Both the position numbers and the translations under genes were made by a program. This document shows positions 29,030-37,388 of a stretch of DNA of 63,359 nucleotides, one piece after another; the first letter of the stretch is position 1, and each line of letters starts with the position of its first letter. The notes beneath the pieces were generated by a model. The model searched no databases, had not been told where the DNA came from, and was given only the letters and a program-made list of their open reading frames with translations. Source of the DNA: a virus (lineage: Duplodnaviria > Caudoviricetes); IMG/VR virus record IMGVR_UViG_3300023179_000108, positions 1 through 63,359 of that record. One strand, written 5' to 3'.

Positions 29030-29248
29030 AAGTTAATGGATGGAAATAGATGTTAGAGGGTGGAAAATGATAGGGTGTTATGTAGTGTTTTTTTATAGAT
29101 CTTTGTTATAGTATGTGGAATGGTGTTAATGTAGAGTTAGGTGATGGTTGTGATAAGGTTCCTTTCTTTTCTCGCCTCACCTAATTTTTTTTCTAAACCC
29201 AATTTTTTTATACACAATTTTTTTTATTCTATTTTTTTTTCTCCAAAA
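29030..29248. other. non-coding stretch with abrupt G-rich to C/T-rich strand switch
   Basis: 29030-29160 almost lacks C; 29161-29248 almost lacks G. Confidence 0.7.
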
Positions 29249-29294
29249 AGGCAAAGTAATTTTTTTATATTTAATCATTAAAAAATTAAAAGTT

Positions 29295-29546
29295 ATGTAC
29301 AATGAAAAAACAATGAACAATGTTATGTTGCAACGCGCAGCATTGATGGGGGCATTTTCAGCTATTCTTGCCACTGAGGAAGAAAAAACAATAGAGGAAA
29401 TTAAAATAGCTATTTGTAATTTTATAGGTGATTTGATTAGTCAAGGGATAACTATAGGTGATGAAATTGAATTGGATGTCACTAGCCGATGTATAATTTT
29501 TATTGAGCAACAAAGAGCAGTTGTTGCGGTTAACAGTATACTTTAA
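29295..29546 (+). CDS. hypothetical protein
   Basis: ORF track; promoter at 29250. Confidence 0.7.
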   Translation: MYNEKTMNNVMLQRAALMGAFSAILATEEEKTIEEIKIAICNFIGDLISQGITIGDEIELDVTSRCIIFIEQQRAVVAVNSIL

Positions 29547-29594
29547 TATAAGAGAGGCTAAGTTTTATTTTTATATTTATACAAATAAAAAGTT

Positions 29595-29807
29595 ATGAAT
29601 AACTACAAAACGCAAATGACCGCCCCCACTTACAAAATTGTTTATACTAAAAAGAATGGGGACGTTAGGGTAATGAAATGTAGGGTAGAAAGTGATTACT
29701 GTGAACATATTTCAGGCAAGCCAGAATATGTTGTTGTTTATGATTTGGTTAACGAGGGATACAGGACAGTAAATACTGATACGATTAAGTTGTTTGAATT
29801 GATGTAA
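29595..29807 (+). CDS. WYL_2/SH3-like beta-barrel protein
   Basis: YTKKNGDVR...VVYDLVNEGYRTVN. Confidence 0.65.
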   Translation: MNNYKTQMTAPTYKIVYTKKNGDVRVMKCRVESDYCEHISGKPEYVVVYDLVNEGYRTVNTDTIKLFELM

Positions 29808-29824
29808 TGTGAATTGGATATAAT

Positions 29825-30163
29825 AAATGAGGGGGTCAAAACCCCCTCACTACATTTATCTTATAAAATTAAAACGTATGAAAATTAAAGTAATCAAAAA
29901 CGCTTATTACGTAAGTGAAGATTTGACTAATTACGGCTGTGTAGATGAAGAAACATTTAACAATTCATTTTCGCAAGTGTTGTGTGTTGGAGATATATGG
30001 GAGAGTTGTAGTACTGAGTTTGGTGACTTTTTTAAATGTATTAAAAGTAATATATGGAGAGAAGAGTTGAATGATGGTTGGTGGGATTATGATCGTATGA
30101 AAGATTATTTTGAAGTGATTGAAAATTAAAATGAGGGGGTCAAAACCCCCTCACTACATTTAT
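29825..30163 (+). repeat. direct repeat of a promoter-containing stem-loop (29825 and 30129)
   Basis: AATGAGGGGGTCAAAACCCCCTCACTACATTTAT occurs twice, flanking 29878..30129. Confidence 0.9.
29878..30129 (+). CDS. hypothetical protein
   Basis: Start moved to MKIKVIK, downstream of the promoter hairpin. Confidence 0.7.
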   Translation: MKIKVIKNAYYVSEDLTNYGCVDEETFNNSFSQVLCVGDIWESCSTEFGDFFKCIKSNIWREELNDGWWDYDRMKDYFEVIEN

Positions 30164-30588
30164 TAAAATTAAAAGTTATGAATTACAACATTGGTGATCA
30201 GGTCATTATTAAAGATGACAAATGTAAATTATATGGTACGATTATAGAAATAAATAATGACATAATCACAGTTCGTACTATGTTTGGAAATAAATTGGTC
30301 ACAATAAATGAAATTGTAGATTAATTGGGCAAAATTATTTATTATATTTAACCATTAAAATTAAAACGTATGAGAGTTACTAATGAATTGCTTCAAAAGT
30401 ATTTCGAAGCATTAGTTGCAGGTCAGCCTGATGATGTTGTAAATATGTTAATGGAGTTGTTTAATGAAAAAGTTAGTCAAAGGGAGTGGATTGAATTAAT
30501 TGCCGATGATGTTTATGATATATACAAAGATGTATAAATAAAAAGGCAAAACAACAATTGTATATTTAACCATTAAAAATTAAAAGTT

Positions 30589-30867
30589 ATGTTTACAAGT
30601 AATCGCAACAAAGGATTCACAATGACATTTGAAAATGGCTGGACTATAAGCGTTCAGTGGGGTATAGGAAATTATTGTGATGTAGGCCGTTCAGCAGAAG
30701 ATTATAATGAATCAACAAAGCATAAATCTTGGAAATCCGAAACCGCTGAAATAGCAATATGGGATAAAAATGATAATTGGTATGAGTTTGAACATGACAC
30801 AGTAAAGGGGTATTGCACAGCCAATGAAGTAGCTGAGTGGATTTTGATTGCGGCTACATTGAAATAA
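30589..30867 (+). CDS. hypothetical protein
   Basis: GFTMTFENGWTISVQWGIGNYC; own promoter. Confidence 0.75.
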   Translation: MFTSNRNKGFTMTFENGWTISVQWGIGNYCDVGRSAEDYNESTKHKSWKSETAEIAIWDKNDNWYEFEHDTVKGYCTANEVAEWILIAATLK

Positions 30868-31055
30868 AAAAGCAAAACAACGAACGTACATTTAACCATT
30901 AAAATTAAAACATATGAACACAATTATCATTACAGCACAGTTCAGTGCCGCAGCAATTGTTTGGGTATTAATTGTATATGTTATTATTAGTAAAATTAAA
31001 GAGGCAAAGTAACGAACGTATATTTAGTCATTATTAAAAATTAAAAATTAAGGTT

Positions 31056-31358
31056 ATGAGTAAGAAGAAAGTACAAGTAGTCGAAACAACTGAAGTAGTT
31101 GTAATTGAGAATTTGGTCGAAGCGGTTGTAACTGAAAAACGCAAACCCGGCCGCCCGATAGTAGAAGGTAGTAAGCGTCAACTTGACCTAGCCGCTAAAA
31201 TGTATCGGGTACAATTGAATGGTGGTATAGTAAAACGTGGCCGCCCAATAGTAGGTGAAAGTAAAAGACAACAAAGAATGGCTGAACGGGAAGCTAAATT
31301 GGCGGCCGGAATTGAAATTAAAAGGGGCCGCCCCAAAATGGTAGTAGCCGAAGCATAA
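31056..31358 (+). CDS. small AT-hook protein
   Basis: PGRP, RGRP, RGRP; aligns with 25266..25502. Confidence 0.8.
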   Translation: MSKKKVQVVETTEVVVIENLVEAVVTEKRKPGRPIVEGSKRQLDLAAKMYRVQLNGGIVKRGRPIVGESKRQQRMAEREAKLAAGIEIKRGRPKMVVAEA

Positions 31359-31374
31359 ATATTAAATAACAAGT

Positions 31375-31404
31375 AATGGATGGGGACGAAGGTCCCCATT
31401 CGTT
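31375..31404 (+). terminator. stem-loop after the AT-hook gene
   Basis: ATGGGGAC-GAAG-GTCCCCAT; weak T-tail. Confidence 0.55.
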
Positions 31405-31641
31405 ATCTCAAACAGCACGGGTGGCGAAACAACAACCGTATATTTAATCATTAAAAATTAAAAATAATGATTACAAAAGCGTTGATCGAAGTAGTAATTG
31501 AACTGAGCCCAGCCATTATAATAATGGGTATTGTAGTTGTTGGTTGTATCATGTTTACTAAGCCTGAGGATGATGTTAAATGGGAAGACATTGATGGGGC
31601 GAAATAACGAACGTATATTTAATTATTAAAAATTAAAACAC

Positions 31642-31842
31642 ATGACACTGTTCCAAGCCAAAATTGCCTTGACTGGTCTGAAGTTTGAACTTAAGACAGG
31701 TATGAAGATGTCAGGTAAAGTAAACACATACAGAATAGTTGCCACGGCTTTAGGGTATCCAAAAAATGCTCGGCCAAGTAAAGAACAATTGATTAGAGAA
31801 TTGGAAGCGGCGATTGTTGAGACGGAGCTTCAAGAAGCGTAA
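31642..31842 (+). CDS. hypothetical protein, last gene of the early-type block
   Basis: ORF track; promoter at 31598. Confidence 0.75.
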   Translation: MTLFQAKIALTGLKFELKTGMKMSGKVNTYRIVATALGYPKNARPSKEQLIRELEAAIVETELQEA

Positions 31843-31862
31843 GTTGTAAAAAAAAGTTTGGT

Positions 31863-31906
31863 GATGGCGGGTCGGTATCGATTGATATCGGCCCGCTATC
31901 GTTTTG
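31863..31906 (+). terminator. long GC-rich hairpin closing the early-type region
   Basis: GATGGCGGGTCGGTATC-GATT-GATATCGGCCCGCTATC followed by GTTTT. Confidence 0.65.
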
Positions 31907-32174
31907 CCATCGATCTGCTCCCATGCCAATTGTGGTCCATCGATGGGGCGGGGGCGGCATAAAAAAAATGGGATGTATTCTCAACTCACAAACACCTCTC
32001 ACCATCGACAGTATATACACATATACTTTATTTACAATTTCCATTTTAACCCCTTTTGCAACCACTTTGTAAAATCTCAAAATCTCTTTTAATACAATTT
32101 TTTTGTATAAATCCCCCATATCAATTAATTTAAATATATTAAAAATATTTTGCCTTTTTTCAATATTTATTATT

Positions 32175-32426
32175 ATGAAGACATACAAAATAAAATCTGA
32201 GGATAAAGCTGCTTTCCTTAATCGTATGGAAAAACTTAAATCCCCCATCGATACTACCCAGATTAAAGATATACCAATTGATAATGCATTTGAAGTAACA
32301 ATAGAAGATCCTGAGCAACTATTGTTAGTAAAAAAAGTTTTAAATCAAGCACCAAAAATTAATGTTTTGAAAGAAAATATATCTTTATTAGAAATTGCAA
32401 AGAGGTTATTGAATAATACAAAATAA
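32175..32426 (+). CDS. hypothetical protein
   Basis: Start moved to MKTYK, after ATATTTAT. Confidence 0.7.
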   Translation: MKTYKIKSEDKAAFLNRMEKLKSPIDTTQIKDIPIDNAFEVTIEDPEQLLLVKKVLNQAPKINVLKENISLLEIAKRLLNNTK

Positions 32427-32520
32427 GCTTGGCTCGGCAAGAAAAATTCTGTATTTTCTAACTACACTACTACAATTAGAAAAACGTAGAGTGTTGATAT
32501 TTATAGATAAATATATACTT

Positions 32521-32721
32521 ATGAGATATAAAGCGAATGTAGTAATGCAATTGGAGCATATAGACTCAATTGCAAGCCGTATACAGTTTCAAGTAAATAG
32601 AGGTTACGATCAAAATCAAATTTTGGAAACTATTGAGATGTTAAAGGAACAAATTGAAAAAACTCGTGAGATGGTTTCACTCGAGGATGATGATTTTGCT
32701 AAACAATTTGCTGGGTTATGA
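32521..32721 (+). CDS. hypothetical protein
   Basis: Start at MRYK, after ATATTTAT. Confidence 0.7.
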   Translation: MRYKANVVMQLEHIDSIASRIQFQVNRGYDQNQILETIEMLKEQIEKTREMVSLEDDDFAKQFAGL

Positions 32722-33005
32722 TTTGGTGGCAAATATTACTTTGGGTAGTTGGAATTCACGTTGTTGAAGTTGTAGGTGTACTTATATTTTTATTAATGAG
32801 ACGAAATGGTGCTTTAGAAAAAGCACTTGCTGAACAACAACAATATATTGATGCTATTTCAATAGTAATTGAAAACTCTGATCAACAATTAAAAGAATTA
32901 GATAGAATGGGTGCTTTTGAAGCTGACGATGAAGTAGGAACTTTTTTTAGAAATTTAAAAGAAATTCAAAATCTTATTAATCAGTTCAAGACAAACCAAA
33001 AATAA
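32718..33005 (+). CDS. membrane-anchored protein
   Basis: N-terminal TM; GAFEADDEVG motif. Confidence 0.7.
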   Translation: MIWWQILLWVVGIHVVEVVGVLIFLLMRRNGALEKALAEQQQYIDAISIVIENSDQQLKELDRMGAFEADDEVGTFFRNLKEIQNLINQFKTNQK

Positions 33006-33019
33006 CTTGAATGTAAGAA

Positions 33020-33790
33020 ATGTATTATACAAACGAAGAAACTGATTTATTCTTAGAAGAAGAATTACAACTAACAAAGAAAGGAAAACCACGTAAACGT
33101 AAACCAAAAGAACCTCGTATCTATTTCACTCAGGATACTGAAGATGCTATTGTTGAGTATTTAATTACTGAAGATATAGCTTTACGTAATAAAATTTATA
33201 ATGAACGTATAAAATATGGTTTTTATAAATTAGCAGAAAATATTATTCATACGTTTAAGTTTTATTATACTGATACTGATACAATTGAAGAGTTAAAGCA
33301 TGAGGTAATTACGTTTTTATTAGAAAAATTACACTTATATAATCCAACTAAGGGTAAAGCGTTTAGTTATTTTGGAACAATAGCTAAGCGCTATCTTATT
33401 GTATATAATGAGAATAATTATAAGAAGTTACAAGAAAAAGCAGACGTAGATGAGAGTGATGATGATCAAATGATGTTGTATGAGCATGATGCTAATATAG
33501 AAAGAGTATTTGATGAAGTTATTTTTATAGATCAATATATTAAGTATATAGATAATAATTTGTTTAAGTTATTTCCTAAAAAACAAGACGCCCAAACAGC
33601 TGATGCTATTATTGAATTATTCCGGAAACGTGAATCATTAGAAATATTTAATAAGAAAGCACTTTATATCTATATTCGTGAAATAACAGATGTTTCTACT
33701 CCCCAAGTTACTAAAATTATAAAAAAACTTAAAATAATATATATCCAGTTATATAATGAATATTATAATAACGGATATGTAAAAGTTTAA
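33020..33790 (+). CDS. phage RNA polymerase sigma factor (gp55-like late sigma candidate)
   Basis: Region-2-like KLHLYNPTKGKAFSYFGTIAKRYLI; C-terminal helical segment. Confidence 0.75.
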   Translation: MYYTNEETDLFLEEELQLTKKGKPRKRKPKEPRIYFTQDTEDAIVEYLITEDIALRNKIYNERIKYGFYKLAENIIHTFKFYYTDTDTIEELKHEVITFLLEKLHLYNPTKGKAFSYFGTIAKRYLIVYNENNYKKLQEKADVDESDDDQMMLYEHDANIERVFDEVIFIDQYIKYIDNNLFKLFPKKQDAQTADAIIELFRKRESLEIFNKKALYIYIREITDVSTPQVTKIIKKLKIIYIQLYNEYYNNGYVKV

Positions 33791-33819
33791 GAATTTATAT
33801 TTATTGGTAAATACAATTT

Positions 33820-34203
33820 ATGTCGAATTTCGATAATGTTACTTTATTTGGGAATACATCATTATCTGATTTATTTAAGCAAATACATAAAAATAATAAA
33901 GATATTGATAAACAAATTGGAGAGTTTATTGATACTTTAAAACCTATGGCGTCTTCTAATGCTGGTTCTGCTGTAATGCTTATGCCTACTGTTAAGGATT
34001 TAATAGATGTTAATGTAAAAAATAATGAACAATTAATTAAAATGGCTGCTATTGCTCAAAGAGCAGCTAGTGTTAACGCATCTAATGGGACTGAGTTAAT
34101 TAATATGGATGAAATTAATGCATTATTAGAAGAACAAAAAGAAATACAAGAGCAAGGTCAAAAATTACTTGAACAAACTCACCCTCATAAACTAGAAAGA
34201 TGA
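33820..34203 (+). CDS. helical protein (small terminase-like candidate)
   Basis: Late motif upstream; DVNVKNNEQLIKMAAIAQR; function inferred only. Confidence 0.45.
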   Translation: MSNFDNVTLFGNTSLSDLFKQIHKNNKDIDKQIGEFIDTLKPMASSNAGSAVMLMPTVKDLIDVNVKNNEQLIKMAAIAQRAASVNASNGTELINMDEINALLEEQKEIQEQGQKLLEQTHPHKLER

Positions 34204-35378
34204 GTTTTAAAATACGTGATAATACTTCTTATCTTTATAGCAATTTAGGAAGAAATAATTTTACTTTTCCTACCAAACCACAAGCTGGAAAAGTATTTGG
34301 AATTGTCACTACTAAAGATACTCCAACTCCAGCTATGTTTAAAAAAGCAGGAGGTTTCAGTGGATTAGGAACTATTTTTTATCAAAATTATGAGTTATCT
34401 AAAAATGAAATAGGTAATATAGATGATACTTTTTTAGACAAATGTTCTTTAGCTAAACCTTTATATCCTCAATTTTCTTATTATCCTGCCTTAAAAGAAT
34501 TAGTTTATATAATATCCCTTCCCTCAGCTTATAATCAAGTGAATTCAACTGATGCTGGATTATATTATATAAATTCAATTAATATTTGGAATAATAATCA
34601 ACAAAATAGCCAACAAGTTAGTGAAAATGAAACTTTAGGGTCTACACTTTTTGAAAATCCAAATACTAGACTTTTAATAGCATATCAAGGAGATAATATA
34701 ATTCAAGGAAGACAAGGTAATTCTTTAAGATTTAGTACAGTAACTAGAGGTGTTAACCCATCAAACGAATGGAGTCAAGTTGGAAATGAGATTGATCCTA
34801 TTACTATTTTAACTAATGGTTTAGCTTATGATCCTTCTAAACAATACTATGTTGAACAAATAAATAAAGATGCTTCATCTATTTATTTAACATCAACTCA
34901 AAAAATACCATTACAAACGGATAAAACAGGAGTATTAAATAATTTAACAAATCCTTTAAATGTACCTGATTATACTAATTCTCAAGTAATTTTAAACGGA
35001 GATAGAATAGTATTAAATTCTAAAAAAGATGAAGTAATGCTATTTGCTAAAACTAATATTGAGTTAAATACTAAAAATACTATTAATTTAAATGCTGATG
35101 AAAGAGTTTATTTAAATACAAATAATATTTTTTTAGGAAAATATGATTCGAAAAATATACCCCAACCTGTATTATTAGGTAATAATACGCTTGAAGTATT
35201 TATTTTATTGCAACAAACATTAACAACATTAGGATCTTATTTACAAAAAGCTGTAAGTACTTCTGAAGGTTCTCCTATAGTTGGAATAAACGCTGCTGGA
35301 AAAGAAATAATTAATGATATGAATAGATTATGTGATTTATTAAATAAAATAACATCTACAAAAGTATTTACAATATAA
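34200..35378 (+). CDS. baseplate hub/spike-like protein
   Basis: Upstream of gp25/gp6-like genes; GRQGNSLRF; beta-repeat C-terminus; PVLLGN. Confidence 0.6.
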   Translation: MSFKIRDNTSYLYSNLGRNNFTFPTKPQAGKVFGIVTTKDTPTPAMFKKAGGFSGLGTIFYQNYELSKNEIGNIDDTFLDKCSLAKPLYPQFSYYPALKELVYIISLPSAYNQVNSTDAGLYYINSINIWNNNQQNSQQVSENETLGSTLFENPNTRLLIAYQGDNIIQGRQGNSLRFSTVTRGVNPSNEWSQVGNEIDPITILTNGLAYDPSKQYYVEQINKDASSIYLTSTQKIPLQTDKTGVLNNLTNPLNVPDYTNSQVILNGDRIVLNSKKDEVMLFAKTNIELNTKNTINLNADERVYLNTNNIFLGKYDSKNIPQPVLLGNNTLEVFILLQQTLTTLGSYLQKAVSTSEGSPIVGINAAGKEIINDMNRLCDLLNKITSTKVFTI

Positions 35379-36637
35379 TGGCTAGTAATTCTATTAATAT
35401 ATCACCTGTTATATCTCCTGATATTGTTAATAATATATCAAAATCTAATAATATTAAATCATTTGGAGATCAACTTAAAAATCAAGCTAAAGAGAAAATA
35501 ATAATAGGTGGTCAAGATAAAATAAAAGAAATAGGAGATAAACAGCTTGAATTAACTATAAAAGAAGAACAAGCAGGAATTAATAAAAACAATACAATAA
35601 AAAAAGCTGAGCATGATTATAATACTAAACAAATAACTGAACAACAATATAATGATATTATTGCTGCTGCTCAAACTACTTACAATGCAGAATTAGCTGC
35701 TATTAAATTAGAAAAACAAAAGTTACAACAAGATAAAGATAATATAATTAATGATCCTCTTCAAAAATTAAAAGATAAACAAAAACAATTAAATAATAAA
35801 GTTAAAGTTTTAAAAAAACAAAATATAAATATAGATAATAAAGCTAAAAAAGATTTAGCTAAGCAAGTATTATCTAATGCTTCAAAAACATTAGCTCCAA
35901 TTATTGCTCTTCAATTAACAAATAGTTTTATTTCTATTATTTCTCAACGAAAAAAATTAGAAATTTTAGTTGATCAAGTAAATGAATATATTGATACTCA
36001 AGTTAAAGATCAATCAACTGTTGCTATAGCTACTAATTTAAGAAATAATGCTGTTACTTTAATAAACAATAATGTAAAAAAATTACAAGCAATAGAAAAA
36101 ATTCTTAAAACAATTACTACTATAATAACTACTATTACAATAATATTAACAGTAATAGAAAGAATATTAAGTTTACCTATACCTGCTTTACTTCCTGTAA
36201 AAGTACAACTTCAACCTACATTACAAAAAATATTAAGATTAATATCAGCTATAAATGCTGTATTAATTATAGTAACTAACTTATTAGAGAATGAAATTTT
36301 AAAATTAATTGAAATAAGAGAACGTTTAAAAGAAATTAGTTTAAAATTAGATGGTAAAACTTTGAATAATTTAGATAATCAAGAATTTACTGATTTAATT
36401 AATACTTTTGCTCCTATTAGTACAGGAGAATTTTCACCTTATAAAGGATTTAAATTTAAATTAAAAGAAGAAAATAATCCTAAATTTGTAGTTAAAGGTA
36501 ATAAACGCCGTTATGCTGTTGCTATTGATCGTGATGGCGTTGAAGTACTTAAAAGTGAATTTTCATTTACATTAGATCCTAACGATTTAATAGACCAATT
36601 AAAATTAATTATTGATCAACAAAACTTACAAGGATAA
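35378..36637 (+). CDS. coiled-coil structural protein
   Basis: Long amphipathic helices within the tail module. Confidence 0.6.
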   Translation: MASNSINISPVISPDIVNNISKSNNIKSFGDQLKNQAKEKIIIGGQDKIKEIGDKQLELTIKEEQAGINKNNTIKKAEHDYNTKQITEQQYNDIIAAAQTTYNAELAAIKLEKQKLQQDKDNIINDPLQKLKDKQKQLNNKVKVLKKQNINIDNKAKKDLAKQVLSNASKTLAPIIALQLTNSFISIISQRKKLEILVDQVNEYIDTQVKDQSTVAIATNLRNNAVTLINNNVKKLQAIEKILKTITTIITTITIILTVIERILSLPIPALLPVKVQLQPTLQKILRLISAINAVLIIVTNLLENEILKLIEIRERLKEISLKLDGKTLNNLDNQEFTDLINTFAPISTGEFSPYKGFKFKLKEENNPKFVVKGNKRRYAVAIDRDGVEVLKSEFSFTLDPNDLIDQLKLIIDQQNLQG

Positions 36638-36650
36638 AATATTTATAATT

Positions 36651-36980
36651 ATGAATGCTAAAATATTTAAACAATTAATTAAAGAAGCAGTTCGTGAAGC
36701 TGTTCGTGAAGAAATTGGTGTGTTGTTATTAGAACAGAAAAAACAAGAATTAAATGAAAGTAAAACATTTAGTTTTACAAGTAATGATATGCCTGTAAGT
36801 GTAGATGCTAAAACAGCATTACGTAGTAAAATGAGTACTATGTTTGGGTATGAAACTCCTCAAGCTCAGTCTCATTTAAAAGTTGATCCAACATCTGATA
36901 ATCCATTTGCTGCTTTTATAGCTGATGCTGGAGCTAATATGACTGCTCAAGATTTATCAGGATTAAGAAATTTAGGATAA
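36651..36980 (+). CDS. virion protein with KQLIKEAVRE leader
   Basis: Start after ATATTTAT; LxE motifs. Confidence 0.65.
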   Translation: MNAKIFKQLIKEAVREAVREEIGVLLLEQKKQELNESKTFSFTSNDMPVSVDAKTALRSKMSTMFGYETPQAQSHLKVDPTSDNPFAAFIADAGANMTAQDLSGLRNLG

Positions 36981-36981
36981 A

Positions 36982-37386
36982 ATGCCAATACCTCAAACGA
37001 TACGAGTAAATCCTTTAGATTTACAAAAAAATATTGCTATTGGGGTATCTCTTCCTTTTAATAAACCATTTAGTAGTACTTATACAACAAAAGATCAAAT
37101 TAAATCTAATTTAGTTAATTTATTACTAACTGATATAGGTGAACGAGTAATGAATCCTCTTTTTGGTTGTAATTTAAAAAGATTTATATTTGAAGGTATC
37201 ACTGATGCTAATATAGAAAGTTTAAAAATTAATTTGTTAAATAGTATATCTATTTTTATTCCTGAAATAACAGTAATAGAAATAGTTATAGCTCCTAATA
37301 CTGATTATAATTTAATAGATTTATCTATTAATTATGTTTTAAATATATCTAATACTCCTGATCAAGTAACAATACAACTTCAGTAA
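36982..37386 (+). CDS. baseplate wedge protein, gp25/GPW family
   Basis: QIKSNLVNLLLTDIGERVMNPLFGCNL. Confidence 0.9.
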   Translation: MPIPQTIRVNPLDLQKNIAIGVSLPFNKPFSSTYTTKDQIKSNLVNLLLTDIGERVMNPLFGCNLKRFIFEGITDANIESLKINLLNSISIFIPEITVIEIVIAPNTDYNLIDLSINYVLNISNTPDQVTIQLQ

Positions 37387-37388
37387 TA

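Noticed and set aside
31793-32248. ORFs 31793..32248 (-) and 31904..32092 (+)
   Set aside because: They cross the hairpin and low-complexity boundary region and have atypical composition
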